Below, in pieces: positions 18,430 through 28,795 of a DNA stretch of 64,000 nt. The notes below the pieces were generated by a model. It did not search any database, was not told the DNA's origin, and saw only the letters and a program-made list of their open reading frames with translations. The DNA is from Spirochaetia bacterium. GTDB lineage: Bacteria > Spirochaetota > Spirochaetia > CADAEX01. How positions within the stretch are numbered: the first letter of the stretch is position 1; the number at the start of each line of letters is the position of its first letter. The stretch covers positions 32,001 to 96,000 of the forward strand of contig JAZURI010000002.1 of assembly GCA_045606105.1 (NCBI GenBank). The letters are read 5' to 3'. The position numbers and the translations under genes were made by a program.

Positions 18430-19521
18430 ATGAAAAGAAAAATCTGCTTTACCGGCGGAGGAACTGCAGGTCACGTTTTTCCCGGTATATCTGTAATAGA
18501 AACATTGTGCTCGGACCATGGATACTGTAAGGATGACTTTATCTGGATCGGTTCATCGGGGGGAATGGAGAAAAGGCTTGTGACAGAGGCCGGTATTTCC
18601 TTTATCGGAATCCCGTCAGGCAAGCTGAGAAGATATTTTTCAATAAGGAATTTTATTGATATTTTTAAAATCGGACTTGGATTTATATATGCTTTCTGTA
18701 TACTTTTAAAAGTCAAGCCTGTAATAGTTTTCTCAAAAGGGGGATATGTAAGTGTTCCGCCCGTTGCTGCAGGAAAGCTTCTTCGTATACCGCTTCTTAC
18801 CCATGAGTCGGATTATACCCCCGGACTTGCCACAAAAATCAATGCAATGTTTGTGGACAGGATTCTTCTTTCAGTTGATGAAACCATGAATTATCTCAAG
18901 CCTGAGTACCGTAAAAAGGCTGTTGTGACAGGAAATCCGGTGAGAAAGGACTTTTTCTCGGGAAATCCTCAGAAAGGGCTTGAATTTCTCGGACTTGACA
19001 ACAAAAAGCCCCTTGTTTTTGTCGTGGGTGGAAGCCAGGGCAGCGGCGAGATAAACGATCTTGTCTATTCTGTCCGCCGTGAGCTTTCAGAAAAATACTA
19101 TATTGCCCATCAGACAGGGGCGGGTGCTTCAGTTCCTCCATCAGATATCGAAGGATATATTCAGCTTCCGTTCATCCGGAAAGAGATTGCCGATGTTATT
19201 GCGGCTGCATCCCTTGTGATTACCAGGGCAGGAGCCGGGTCTCTGTGGGAGCTTTCGGCAGAGGGAAAGGCCTCTCTTCTGATACCGCTGAGGGGAAGCG
19301 GAACCAGAGGGGACCAGGTAAAGAATGCCGCGTTCTTCAGAAACAATAATGCAGCTGCCGTACTGGACGGTGAAGTCATAGGAAGCAGGGAGCTGCTTGA
19401 TGAAATCAGGGATATCATGGAAACAGGAAGAAAGGATGAGCTTGCCGCCAACATTGCAGCCATGGCAAGAAAGGATTCTGCTTCCCTCATAGCAGCCGAA
19501 ATTGTGGAGTTGATAAAATAA
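18430..19521 (+). CDS. murG: Lipid II GlcNAc transferase MurG
   Basis: GGGTAGHVFP, GGYVSVP, HESD, TGNPVR, GGSQGS, TRAGA. Confidence 0.97.
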   Translation: MKRKICFTGGGTAGHVFPGISVIETLCSDHGYCKDDFIWIGSSGGMEKRLVTEAGISFIGIPSGKLRRYFSIRNFIDIFKIGLGFIYAFCILLKVKPVIVFSKGGYVSVPPVAAGKLLRIPLLTHESDYTPGLATKINAMFVDRILLSVDETMNYLKPEYRKKAVVTGNPVRKDFFSGNPQKGLEFLGLDNKKPLVFVVGGSQGSGEINDLVYSVRRELSEKYYIAHQTGAGASVPPSDIEGYIQLPFIRKEIADVIAAASLVITRAGAGSLWELSAEGKASLLIPLRGSGTRGDQVKNAAFFRNNNAAAVLDGEVIGSRELLDEIRDIMETGRKDELAANIAAMARKDSASLIAAEIVELIK

Positions 19522-20069
19522 TGGCAGTAGTAGATATTTTTTTCCTTATAGTTATAGCTTTCTTTATCTTCAAAGGGCTCATCATGGGCTTTGTAAGGGA
19601 ATTCATGAACATGGCAGCCCTTTTCGGAGGTATTGCGGCCGGTATCCTGGCTCAGCCTTATCTCAACGGTTTCCTTTCAAAGGTTCTGAATGTTCAGGGA
19701 ACAGTCACCTCAGTGGTGCCTGACGTTTCTGATATCGGTAACACCGTCAGATGGGTTCCGATCCTCTCTTTTCTCATAGCTTTTCTGGTTACCTACATTG
19801 TAATCAAGCTGGTGGAACTTCTGATTCTCAAAGCAGTGGATAAAATCCATCTTAACCAGCTGAATCGTATCATGGGAGTGATGTACGGTGCCCTTGAGGC
19901 CGGAATTACAATTCTTTTTATCGTATTTGTTGTAAATATTCAGTCATATGTTGATCTGTCCACGCTTTTTGATGAAAGCATAATTGCCGGCTATGCAAAG
20001 GAATTTCTTTTTGACTTGGAGCTTCAGCCATATTTTGACATGATACGGATCGGAGAAAAAGGTGTTTGA
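19521..20069 (+). CDS. cvpA: CvpA (colicin V production) family membrane protein
   Basis: KGLIMGFVRE, LNRIMGVMYG; four TM segments; follows murG. Confidence 0.85.
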   Translation: MAVVDIFFLIVIAFFIFKGLIMGFVREFMNMAALFGGIAAGILAQPYLNGFLSKVLNVQGTVTSVVPDVSDIGNTVRWVPILSFLIAFLVTYIVIKLVELLILKAVDKIHLNQLNRIMGVMYGALEAGITILFIVFVVNIQSYVDLSTLFDESIIAGYAKEFLFDLELQPYFDMIRIGEKGV

Positions 20070-21240
20070 AAACATTATCGGACATAAGGCTGTAATCAGA
20101 CAGCTTTCAGATGAGGTCTCTTCAGGGCGGCTTCCGGGTTCAATTCTCATAGAAGGGGCTCAGTATGCCGGAAAGCTTACCATTGCGCTGGAACTGGCCA
20201 GGGCTCTGACATGTACCGGGGACAGGAAATGGAACTGCCGGTGCCGGGCCTGCCGGTATCAGAAGCAGCTGGTGAATCCCGATACCATCCTTCTTGGACC
20301 TGATGATTTCATGGAAGAGATTCATCTTACAGCCTCTCTTCTCAAGGAATCCAACGAATTCTACAGCCGTTATCTTTTTCTCAGGGCTGTAAGAAAGCTG
20401 CTCCACCGTTTCAATCCTGTTTTTTTTGACGACAAGGAGAGCCGTGTAAGGAAAGCAGAGCCTTTTATAGCGGAAATCGAGGAAAAGCTTGACGGCTTCA
20501 ACCCGGACCTGGATACAGGAATTAACGAAAAATTCATTGATTCTGTGGTCAGTGCCGCAGCATCCCTTTCAAAGGAAACCAACCTTATAAACATTTCGGT
20601 TGATTATATTAGGAAAATCATATTCTGGAGCCATACCACAGGTCTTGAAAATAACAAGGTAATCATCATAGAAAACTGTGAAAAAATGAACGAGAGCGCC
20701 AGGAACAGCATGCTGAAGATACTGGAGGAGCCGCCTGAAAAATGCTTCTTCATATTTCTTTCATCAAATCCGGGTGAAATAATAGAGACCATAAGGTCAA
20801 GACTTAGGGTATACAGCCTCAGGGAAAGAAGTCCTGAGGAAAACAGGCAGGTTATAGAGCGTATTTTCAGGGAAAAGGATTCTCAGTTCAGTTCTGTATC
20901 CCGTTTCTTTGCCGAAAGGAATCCTGCCTTCGGAGAAACTGACAATGCCGCACGGATTTTTACAGACTTCTTTTTTTCCGGTGACGACGGAACTGATTCA
21001 AAAAGGGAAATCAGGGAGACACTGAAATGTGTGGAGAGCAGTAACATCAGGCTTTTTTATGAAAGGCTCCTTTTTCACAGCCGGAAATATCTTACCGGAA
21101 AAGAGGATGAATTTACTGTTTACAGGCTTGAAGCCCTGAACAGATTTCTCAGGACCAGCCGTTATAACCATGAAACCCTCAACATGAACACCGAGCTTCT
21201 TATTGAAAGCCTCATCAGCTTCAGGGAGGAGATAATATGA
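20062..21240 (+). CDS. DNA polymerase III delta-prime-like clamp-loader subunit
   Basis: MFENIIGH, GAQYAGKLTIALELAR, Zn-finger CxCxxC, SARNSMLKILEEPP, TIRSR. Confidence 0.78.
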   Translation: MFENIIGHKAVIRQLSDEVSSGRLPGSILIEGAQYAGKLTIALELARALTCTGDRKWNCRCRACRYQKQLVNPDTILLGPDDFMEEIHLTASLLKESNEFYSRYLFLRAVRKLLHRFNPVFFDDKESRVRKAEPFIAEIEEKLDGFNPDLDTGINEKFIDSVVSAAASLSKETNLINISVDYIRKIIFWSHTTGLENNKVIIIENCEKMNESARNSMLKILEEPPEKCFFIFLSSNPGEIIETIRSRLRVYSLRERSPEENRQVIERIFREKDSQFSSVSRFFAERNPAFGETDNAARIFTDFFFSGDDGTDSKREIRETLKCVESSNIRLFYERLLFHSRKYLTGKEDEFTVYRLEALNRFLRTSRYNHETLNMNTELLIESLISFREEII

Positions 21241-22433
21241 GAAATTTTGTACTTACCGCCATGAAAAAGACGGAAAAGCTGCCGGCAGAAGAAAAGGCCA
21301 GGCTCTACGAGGAGCTTCTGAAGAATGTGGCTGCCGATGATGAGATGATGGCCATGGTCCTTGATTCCCTCTCTTCCGGTGTCATGGTCTCCAACGAAGA
21401 ACACAACGTGGTGTTTGTCAACAAGTATCTCGGCAAGCTGACCAAGCTTAAAAAGACCGAACTCATGGACTGCAAGGTGTGGACCCTGTTTCACGATGCC
21501 GGTATTTCAAGCTTTATCATGGATTCCGTAACCAACAGAACAAGGAATGTTACCAAGGTTTTCAGCTTCAGGGACAACACCAGGATGACCTTCATAGAAT
21601 TCCGTGTTCTCAAGCTGAAAAGCCATATGGGAGCCTCCGGCCATATAATCACTGTTGATAATGTTACAGACAGGGAAGTGGAAAAGAAGAAGGAAAAAAG
21701 AGCCGAAAGCTACTCGGCCCTTAATGCCCTTACCGCAGGACTGGCCCATGAAATAAAGAACCCTCTGGGAAGCATCAGCATATATCTTCAGCTTATGAAA
21801 AAGCAGCTGGGAAAGGACGGTCCCATAACAGAGCCTGATGAATACAGGAAAAAACTTATGGACAAGGTGGATATAGTAAGCTCCGAAGTCGAAAGGCTGA
21901 ATACCATAGTAATGGATTTTCTTGCCACCATCCGGCCCAGAAAGCTTTCTCCTGTACCTCATTCACTCAACAAGATCATAGAAGAGGTAATCATTCTTAC
22001 AAAGCCGGAGCTGGATTCCCGTCATATAGAGCTCAAGGTGGGACTTGAGGAAAACATGCCGCTGATTCTCCTGGACAAGCAGTATATCAGGCAGGCCATA
22101 ATCAATCTTGTGGTAAATGCCAGGGATGCCATGGTAAAGAAGAAAAAGGGAATTCTTACAATCAAGACCGAAAAGAACAGCGAATCCATAATTCTGCAGG
22201 TCAGTGATACGGGAGAGGGAATACCGAATGAGAACCTCAGCAAGCTTTTCGACCCCTATTTCACCACAAAGGATTCAGGTACTGGAATCGGACTTACCAT
22301 TGTCTACAGGACCATCAAGGAGCATAAGGGAGATATTTTCGTTATTTCCAAGGTAGGAGAAGGAACCACCTTCAGGATAGTGCTTCCGAGAATCGAGAAG
22401 GAAATTCACCAGATTGCATGGGAGGAAAAATGA
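21237..22433 (+). CDS. Cytoplasmic PAS-HisKA-HATPase sensor kinase (Hk2/NtrB-like)
   Basis: GLAHEIKNPL, NLVVNARDA, SDTGEGI, FDPYFTTK, GTGIGL; no TM. Confidence 0.92.
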   Translation: MRNFVLTAMKKTEKLPAEEKARLYEELLKNVAADDEMMAMVLDSLSSGVMVSNEEHNVVFVNKYLGKLTKLKKTELMDCKVWTLFHDAGISSFIMDSVTNRTRNVTKVFSFRDNTRMTFIEFRVLKLKSHMGASGHIITVDNVTDREVEKKKEKRAESYSALNALTAGLAHEIKNPLGSISIYLQLMKKQLGKDGPITEPDEYRKKLMDKVDIVSSEVERLNTIVMDFLATIRPRKLSPVPHSLNKIIEEVIILTKPELDSRHIELKVGLEENMPLILLDKQYIRQAIINLVVNARDAMVKKKKGILTIKTEKNSESIILQVSDTGEGIPNENLSKLFDPYFTTKDSGTGIGLTIVYRTIKEHKGDIFVISKVGEGTTFRIVLPRIEKEIHQIAWEEK

Positions 22434-23758
22434 AATTCAGCATTCTTGTTGCAGATGATGAAATAAATATCAGGAACGGACTTTCAATCGGCCTTGAGGA
22501 TGAGGGGTATACCACCTATCAGGCTGCAGACGGAGCAGAGGCTCTCAGGATAATCCGTACACATAACATAGATCTTGTGATCACAGACCTCAGGATGCCT
22601 GAAATGTCGGGAGAGGAGCTGCTTAAAAGGATAAATGCCGAATACAATAACATTCCTGTCATTATCCTTACAGGGCACGGAACCATTGAAAATGCAGTTG
22701 AAACCATGCACAACGGTGCCTACGATTTCATGACCAAGCCTCTCAATCTTGACCATCTCTTTCTTATCGTGAAAAGGGCTCTGGAGCATAAGTCCCTTCA
22801 GGCAGAGGTTGAAAAGCTCAAGGGCTCCAGAAGCTTTGTGGCAGGAAAAAGCCCGAAGATGAAGAAGGTAATGGAAACTGTCGAGCATGTGGCAGCAACC
22901 AGGGCCTCGGTACTTCTAACCGGAGAAAGCGGTGTGGGAAAGGAGGTAATCGCCGATGCCATCCATTCCATGTCCGACAGAAGGAACAAGCCTTTCATAA
23001 AGGTTCACTGTGCCGCCCTTTCGGAATCGCTCCTGGAAAGTGAGCTTTTCGGCCATGAAAAGGGCTCGTTTACCGGTGCTGTTGCCAGAAAAAAGGGAAA
23101 ATTCGAGCTTGCCGACAAGGGTACCATTTTCCTGGATGAAATCGGTGAAATCAACCAGAATATACAGATCAAGCTCCTTAGGATAATCCAGGAGAGGGAA
23201 TTTGAACGGGTAGGCGGTGAAGAGACCATCAAGGTGGATGTAAGAATCATTTCCGCCACCAACAAGAACCTTCAGGAGGAGGTCGAAAAGGGAAACTTCC
23301 GCGAAGACCTTTTCTACAGGCTCAATGTGGTGAACATCAATATTCCCCCTCTCAGGGAAAGAAAGGAGGATATCCTTATCCTGGCTACAGCCTTCCTTAC
23401 CGAGCTGGCTGCAGATAACAACAAGCAGATCGAGGGCTTCGACCCCAAGGTCAGGACCATTCTTTACAATCACCGCTGGAAGGGAAACATCAGGGAACTC
23501 AGAAACTGTATAGAGAACGCTGTTGTCATGGCCCGGGGCAAGGTAATTACTGTTGACGACCTTCCTCTCCCTATGAGAAAGGATAACGGAGACAACTATA
23601 TAAAGATAAAGCTGGGCTCCACACTGGACAGTGCCGAAAAAGAGGTGATCCTGGCAACTCTGGACATGTGCCGGGGAAACAAGAGCAAAGCTGCCGAAGT
23701 TCTTGCCATAGGACGAAAGACATTACACAGAAAGATAGATGAGTACGAAAATAACTGA
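22430..23758 (+). CDS. sigma54-dependent response regulator (Rrp2/NtrC-like)
   Basis: Receiver (DLRMP), GESGVGKE, ESELFGHEKGSFTGA, FLDEIG, WKGNIRELRN, Fis-type HTH; ATG 22430 after SD GGAGG. Confidence 0.95.
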   Translation: MKFSILVADDEINIRNGLSIGLEDEGYTTYQAADGAEALRIIRTHNIDLVITDLRMPEMSGEELLKRINAEYNNIPVIILTGHGTIENAVETMHNGAYDFMTKPLNLDHLFLIVKRALEHKSLQAEVEKLKGSRSFVAGKSPKMKKVMETVEHVAATRASVLLTGESGVGKEVIADAIHSMSDRRNKPFIKVHCAALSESLLESELFGHEKGSFTGAVARKKGKFELADKGTIFLDEIGEINQNIQIKLLRIIQEREFERVGGEETIKVDVRIISATNKNLQEEVEKGNFREDLFYRLNVVNINIPPLRERKEDILILATAFLTELAADNNKQIEGFDPKVRTILYNHRWKGNIRELRNCIENAVVMARGKVITVDDLPLPMRKDNGDNYIKIKLGSTLDSAEKEVILATLDMCRGNKSKAAEVLAIGRKTLHRKIDEYENN

Positions 23759-25769
23759 ACAGGATGCAATAGATTGTCTCTACAGATGTGAAAACTTCGA
23801 GGAACGGCCTCAGCAGACAGAATTTCTTAAAACAGTCTGCAGCTCCTTCAACAATGACAGCATAACCATTTCTGAGGCCGGTACCGGGGTAGGGAAATCC
23901 TATGCCTATCTCATTCCTGCCTTCATGTGGGTCATTTCCAACAGGGAACGGGTAGTCATCTCCACCGGAACCATAAATCTTCAGCACCAGCTCATGGAAA
24001 AGGATATTCCTGCCATCAGCAGGCTTTTTGACAGGAAGGTAAAGGCGGTACTGGTCAAGGGGCGGCAGAATTATGTCTGTATGAGAAGATTCCATGACAG
24101 GATGAGGGAAGCAGAGCTTTTTGACAGGAAAGAGGATTTTGATGCAATATCGGAATGGCTCAATGTTACGGCAACAGGGGAACGAAGCGATCTTCCGTTT
24201 TATCCCACAGCTGATCTGTGGAGTGATATCTGCTCCGAAAGCGAAGGCTGTCTTGCCTCAAAATGTCCTTTTTTTGAAAGCTGCTTCATTCAGAAGGTCC
24301 GCAGGGAAGCGGCCGGTGCATCCATTCTTGTTGTAAACCATCATCTTCTTTTTTCGGATCTCAGTGTCCGTGTAGAAGGTAACGATACAGGTACCGGAAT
24401 ACTTCCGTACTATTCCAGGGTTATTTTTGACGAGGCCCATAATCTTGAAAACTCAGCCACATCCTTCTTTTCCGGAATCCTGAACAGGCACATGCTGGCA
24501 AAGACCCTGGGACAGCTTTACCGTAAGCAGGGAAGACGGGAATACGGTCTTATAAAATTCCTCCGTGTTTTTTCCTCAAAGCAGGAGTCGGTCATAAAGA
24601 TTCCGGAGCTGATAAGGGATATACTGGTATCAGCCGACAACATAGAAAAGATTTTTCCCGATTCAGGGGTTTACGGGTTTGCTCCCGACAGTGCAGCAAG
24701 GGAAAAACTTCTTGAGGTTCTGGCAGAAACGGGCCGGCAGCTCAATTCCCTCTTTACGATTGTCAACGACATACACGAGGAGCTTGCCTCATCAAAGGAT
24801 AAGGAAATAAAGGAGGACAGCCGGCTTTTCGAGACCCATGTGGTGCTTAACAAGCTGAATTCATATATTACATTCCTTTTTGAATATACCAGGGATGATG
24901 ACAGGAATATTGTATGGCTTGAAAAAAGAAAGATTTCATCCATGATGATCACCCCCATATCTGTAGCCGAGACCCTTAAGAACGAGGTTTTCTCCAAGCT
25001 GAAGAACATTATCTTTGTCTCTGCAACACTCAGCGTTTTCCGTAAGTTCGGTTATTTTACCGGAAGGACAGGGCTGGACCTTATGGAAAAGAAGGCCGAA
25101 AGCTTTATCTTTGATTCCCCATTTGATTACAGGAGAAATGTTTTGCTGACCGTACCTGACGATCTGCCGGAGCCGGGAAACGGAGAATACATACATAAGC
25201 TTTCCGACCTTATCAGAAAGGTTCTGGTTTCAACGGAAGGTAAGGGACTGGTCCTGTTTACCTCATACAGCATGCTGACTGCCGTGTACGAGCTGGTGAA
25301 GGACGATTTCGTGAATGCGGGAATCACTCTCTACAAACAGGGTGACAATGAAAACAAGAAGCTGCTGGAATCCTTCAGGTTTGACTGTAACAGTGTCCTT
25401 TTTGCCACAGATTCCTTCTGGGAAGGGGTGGATTCACCGGGCGAGACATTATCGGTCCTTATAATTTGTCGTCTTCCTTTCAAGGTTCCCACCGATCCTG
25501 TGGTAAAGGCCAGAATGGAGGCAATAGAAAAGAACGGAGGCAATTCCTTTATGCAGTATTCTCTTCCCGAGGCTGTAATAAAGCTCAGGCAGGGCTTTGG
25601 AAGGCTTATCAGAAGCTCCTCCGACAGGGGCATTGTACTGATTACCGACAGCAGGATCATCACCAAATTCTACGGAAAGACATTTCTTGCCTCTCTGCCT
25701 GAAACAAGGCGTTATTTCGGTTCATCAGGGAGAATAATCGAAAATATAGAGAACTTTCTTTATCCTTAA
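23739..25769 (+). CDS. DinG/YoaA family Fe-S DNA helicase
   Basis: EAGTGVGKS, LQHQL, KGRQNYVC, FDEAH, SATL, FWEGVD, QGFGRLIR. Confidence 0.92.
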   Translation: MSTKITEQDAIDCLYRCENFEERPQQTEFLKTVCSSFNNDSITISEAGTGVGKSYAYLIPAFMWVISNRERVVISTGTINLQHQLMEKDIPAISRLFDRKVKAVLVKGRQNYVCMRRFHDRMREAELFDRKEDFDAISEWLNVTATGERSDLPFYPTADLWSDICSESEGCLASKCPFFESCFIQKVRREAAGASILVVNHHLLFSDLSVRVEGNDTGTGILPYYSRVIFDEAHNLENSATSFFSGILNRHMLAKTLGQLYRKQGRREYGLIKFLRVFSSKQESVIKIPELIRDILVSADNIEKIFPDSGVYGFAPDSAAREKLLEVLAETGRQLNSLFTIVNDIHEELASSKDKEIKEDSRLFETHVVLNKLNSYITFLFEYTRDDDRNIVWLEKRKISSMMITPISVAETLKNEVFSKLKNIIFVSATLSVFRKFGYFTGRTGLDLMEKKAESFIFDSPFDYRRNVLLTVPDDLPEPGNGEYIHKLSDLIRKVLVSTEGKGLVLFTSYSMLTAVYELVKDDFVNAGITLYKQGDNENKKLLESFRFDCNSVLFATDSFWEGVDSPGETLSVLIICRLPFKVPTDPVVKARMEAIEKNGGNSFMQYSLPEAVIKLRQGFGRLIRSSSDRGIVLITDSRIITKFYGKTFLASLPETRRYFGSSGRIIENIENFLYP

Positions 25770-26827
25770 AGATTGTTGTTTACAAAATCTCTGTATCTGT
25801 CGGGATCTGTTTCCAGAGCTATGATATTTTCCTCATCATCAGCCTTGGAAAGGGCAGTATCTGCTTCCGAAAGAAGTCTTCCGGGAGTAAGGAGCCGTCC
25901 GTTTCTTGAGGTAATACCTGCATAGAGGATATTTTTTCCGGTTCTCATGGAAACTTCCTGAAAAAGGGTTGTGACAAGCCGGAGCGCTTCCTTCAAGGTC
26001 TTGTCAGGGAAAATGATATGGAAGCTGTCCTTTTTTCCTTCAAAAACCAGATCTGAGGAGGAGAAAATGTTTACAACAGCCTCGCCTGTGATTTTCCATA
26101 CCGATGGATCCGGCTTTTCATTGAATCTTATTTCCGCCAATGAAAGATCCCGGTCCAGGGAGGAGGCTTCGGAAAGGGTATCTGTAAGTGTCATTTCAAA
26201 ATATCTGCAGTCTGCAAATCCGTATTCAGACATTGCGGCTGCCTTGACAGGTAAAGGTCTGGACCCTTTTCTTCTGATATTGCTTCTGATACGGAACCGT
26301 TTCAGCATCTCTTCCGAGGAAATGATGAAAATTCCCGCAAAGAGGATTACCGATGCAAGAACAAAAATAATAAGGGATTTTATCATGTAGACCAGTCTTT
26401 CCCGGTCCAGGGTTCTGTATTTGACCTCAAGTTTCAGAGGGGCGCTGCCCACGAGATTTACGGGCCCCTGGAAGATGGAATTGTATCTTCCGGCCGTAAA
26501 TACAATCCTGCTGTTTTCATTTTTTACCAGGCTGTCATGTCTGAGATGGCAGTAGATAAGCCTGTCGCTGCTGTCCTTGACCATTACTCCCAGGAGCTTC
26601 CTGTCAAAGTTGAAGAATGCATTGATGTTTTTCCTGAATGCAGGGGTAAACTTATCATCGATAAGATATGTGGCCTTTACTGTATTTTCTATCTGTCCGA
26701 AGATATCATGTCCCTTGGCACTGTTTCCGGAATAGTTTCTGTATGCAATTACCGAGAAGGAAACTGCAAGGATAAGGAATACTGCCATGGCGGCACAGAT
26801 ATATATAAGTAAAAATTTCTTCTTCAT
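25766..26827 (-). CDS. Membrane protein with degenerate GGDEF-like domain
   Basis: Two TMs around a periplasmic region; C-terminal DLVFEGKKDSFHIIFP, AGITSR, LLSEADTALSKA match the GGDEF fold without the GG(D/E)EF signature. Confidence 0.65.
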   Translation of the reverse strand: MKKKFLLIYICAAMAVFLILAVSFSVIAYRNYSGNSAKGHDIFGQIENTVKATYLIDDKFTPAFRKNINAFFNFDRKLLGVMVKDSSDRLIYCHLRHDSLVKNENSRIVFTAGRYNSIFQGPVNLVGSAPLKLEVKYRTLDRERLVYMIKSLIIFVLASVILFAGIFIISSEEMLKRFRIRSNIRRKGSRPLPVKAAAMSEYGFADCRYFEMTLTDTLSEASSLDRDLSLAEIRFNEKPDPSVWKITGEAVVNIFSSSDLVFEGKKDSFHIIFPDKTLKEALRLVTTLFQEVSMRTGKNILYAGITSRNGRLLTPGRLLSEADTALSKADDEENIIALETDPDRYRDFVNNNL

Positions 26828-26848
26828 ATATTGTATATATCGGCCTGA

Positions 26849-27676
26849 TCAGAGCTTTTCTGTAATCTTTTTTATAAGTGATATAAAGCGTTTCTTGTTT
26901 TTTTCCGTGCTTTCAAGAACCTCTGTGTGGGTCAGCCTGGTTCCGGTGATTCCTGCCGCCATATTGGTGATAAAGGAGATTCCCAGAACCTTGATACCGC
27001 AGTGAACGGCAATGATGGTTTCGGGAACAGTGGACATTCCCACAGCATCTCCTCCCAGGATGGTACACATCCTGATTTCGGCCGGAGTTTCAAAGCTTGG
27101 TCCGGAAAACCATACATATACCCCCTCGTTTATCTCTATTCCCAGATCTGCTGCCGCCTCTTTTGCCTTTGACCTGAGCTCGGAATCGTAGGCATAGGTC
27201 ATATCGGGAAAACGGGGACCGAAATCCTCGTCATTCTGTCCCATAAGGGGATTTGCACCGCTGTAGTTTATATGGTCGTTGATTATCATGAGATCGCCGG
27301 CCTTGAAGGATCTGTTCACCCCTCCGGAAGCATTTGTCAGCACCAGCTTTTTTACACCCAGAAGCTTCATTGTCCTGATCGGAACTACAAGGTCCTTTCC
27401 TGTGTATCCCTCATAGAAATGAAATCTTCCCTGCATGATTATTACCGGCTTGCCGGAAAGAATACCGATGACAAAATTGCCTGCATGCCCTTTGGCCGTG
27501 GATATGGGAAAATCGGGAATATCACGATAAGGGATAACGATTTTTTCCTCTACGGAATCTGCTGTTTCCCCAAGACCTGAACCGAGAATCATGCCGATTT
27601 CGATTTCCCTGTCAAATTTCCTTTCATCAAGAATGGCTTTGATATAATTGAAAGCCTCAGTTAATCTTTTATCCAT
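26849..27676 (-). CDS. punA: Purine-nucleoside phosphorylase (trimeric PNP family)
   Basis: ILGSGLG, GHAG, QGRFHFYEG, TNASGG, GPSFETPAE, VGMSTVPE, TNMAAG. Start at ATG 27676 avoids overlap with mnmA. Confidence 0.95.
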   Translation of the reverse strand: MDKRLTEAFNYIKAILDERKFDREIEIGMILGSGLGETADSVEEKIVIPYRDIPDFPISTAKGHAGNFVIGILSGKPVIIMQGRFHFYEGYTGKDLVVPIRTMKLLGVKKLVLTNASGGVNRSFKAGDLMIINDHINYSGANPLMGQNDEDFGPRFPDMTYAYDSELRSKAKEAAADLGIEINEGVYVWFSGPSFETPAEIRMCTILGGDAVGMSTVPETIIAVHCGIKVLGISFITNMAAGITGTRLTHTEVLESTEKNKKRFISLIKKITEKL

Positions 27677-27682
27677 ATAAAT

Positions 27683-27711
27683 ATAATATTTCATTATCTT
27701 TCCAGTGTCAA
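27683..27711 (-). promoter_or_regulatory. Near-consensus sigma70 promoter of punA, apparently leaderless
   Basis: TTGACA-17nt-TATTAT-atttat-ATG. Confidence 0.72.
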
Positions 27712-27718
27712 ACAAAAC

Positions 27719-27727
27719 TGTTATAAT
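27719..27727 (+). promoter_or_regulatory. Extended -10 promoter of mnmA, apparently leaderless
   Basis: TGT-TATAAT-ggaacc-ATG(27734). Confidence 0.65.
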
Positions 27728-27733
27728 GGAACC

Positions 27734-28795
27734 ATGAAGGAAGTTGTTGCTCTGGGGATGAGCGGTGGAATTGATTCTTCCATGGCACTCAAATATCTCC
27801 TTAAAGAATATGATACTGTCGTAGGGGCCAATCATGTGGTATGGCACGGGGTTCAGTGTTCAGACCCTCAGGTTATTGCCAGAGCCAGGGAGCTTTGTGA
27901 AAGGATGTCAGTTCCGTTTTACTGCATCGATGTTTCATGCCAGTTCAGAAAACAGGTGGCAGACCGTTTCATTTCCGATTATCTGTCAGGAAAGACTCCG
28001 AATCCGTGTGTTGTATGCAATGAGACCATCAAGTTCACCTATTTTTATGACAGGCTCAGGGAAATGCTGGAAAATGACGGTATTATCACCGGCGGAGATA
28101 CTCTGCTTTACGCAACCGGACACTATGCAGGGATTGTGGAAAAGGAAGGAAAGCTTTTCATATCAAAGGCAAAGGACCTCAGAAAGGACCAGAGTTACAT
28201 GCTTTACAGGCTTCCTCAGGAGCTGCTTGGAAGAATAAGGTTTCCTCTCGGAGATTTTCTTAAGAAGGATATTACCCTGGAGGCTGAGGAAGACGGGCTT
28301 GAATATTCCAATGTGAAGGAAAGCCAGGATATATGTTTCATCGAAGGGGCATACGGTGATTTCATTTCATCATATACAGGGCGGAAATTCAGGCCTGGAA
28401 AAATAGTCGACATGCAGGGAAACTATCTGGGAAAGCACCGCGGATACATACATTACACCATCGGTCAGAGAAAAGGTCTGGGACTGGGAAACGGCCCCTG
28501 GTTTGTCACCTCCGTCAATCCCGAAACAAATATCGTTACGGTGGGCCGGGAAAACGAACAGGGGCAGAAAACCTTTGTTGTCAGCGATCTGAACTGGTTT
28601 ATTGACTTTGACGGCCGGGAAACAGAGGCTGTGGTCAGGGTACGCTACAATTCGGGAGAGCATCCCTGCAGATTCCGGGCACTGGATGAGGACAAGGTAT
28701 TGGTAACCCTGGAAAAGGATACTGTCATTACCGGAGGCCAGAGTGCTGTCTTTTATCAGGGGGATCTGGTAATAGGGGGAGGAATCATCAGCTGA
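27734..28795 (+). CDS. mnmA: tRNA 2-thiouridine(34) synthase MnmA
   Basis: MSGGIDSS, PNPCVVCN, ATGHY, KDQSY, ESQDICF, YTIGQRKGLG. Confidence 0.96.
   Translation: MKEVVALGMSGGIDSSMALKYLLKEYDTVVGANHVVWHGVQCSDPQVIARARELCERMSVPFYCIDVSCQFRKQVADRFISDYLSGKTPNPCVVCNETIKFTYFYDRLREMLENDGIITGGDTLLYATGHYAGIVEKEGKLFISKAKDLRKDQSYMLYRLPQELLGRIRFPLGDFLKKDITLEAEEDGLEYSNVKESQDICFIEGAYGDFISSYTGRKFRPGKIVDMQGNYLGKHRGYIHYTIGQRKGLGLGNGPWFVTSVNPETNIVTVGRENEQGQKTFVVSDLNWFIDFDGRETEAVVRVRYNSGEHPCRFRALDEDKVLVTLEKDTVITGGQSAVFYQGDLVIGGGIIS

Noticed and set aside
23040-23090. GSFTGA instead of GAFTGA in the sigma54 activator
   Set aside because: A common variant retaining the key F and T; no reason to infer loss of function.
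27677-27847. N-terminal extension of PNP in the ORF track
   Set aside because: Runs through both promoters and into mnmA; ATG 27676 fits the promoter and family length.
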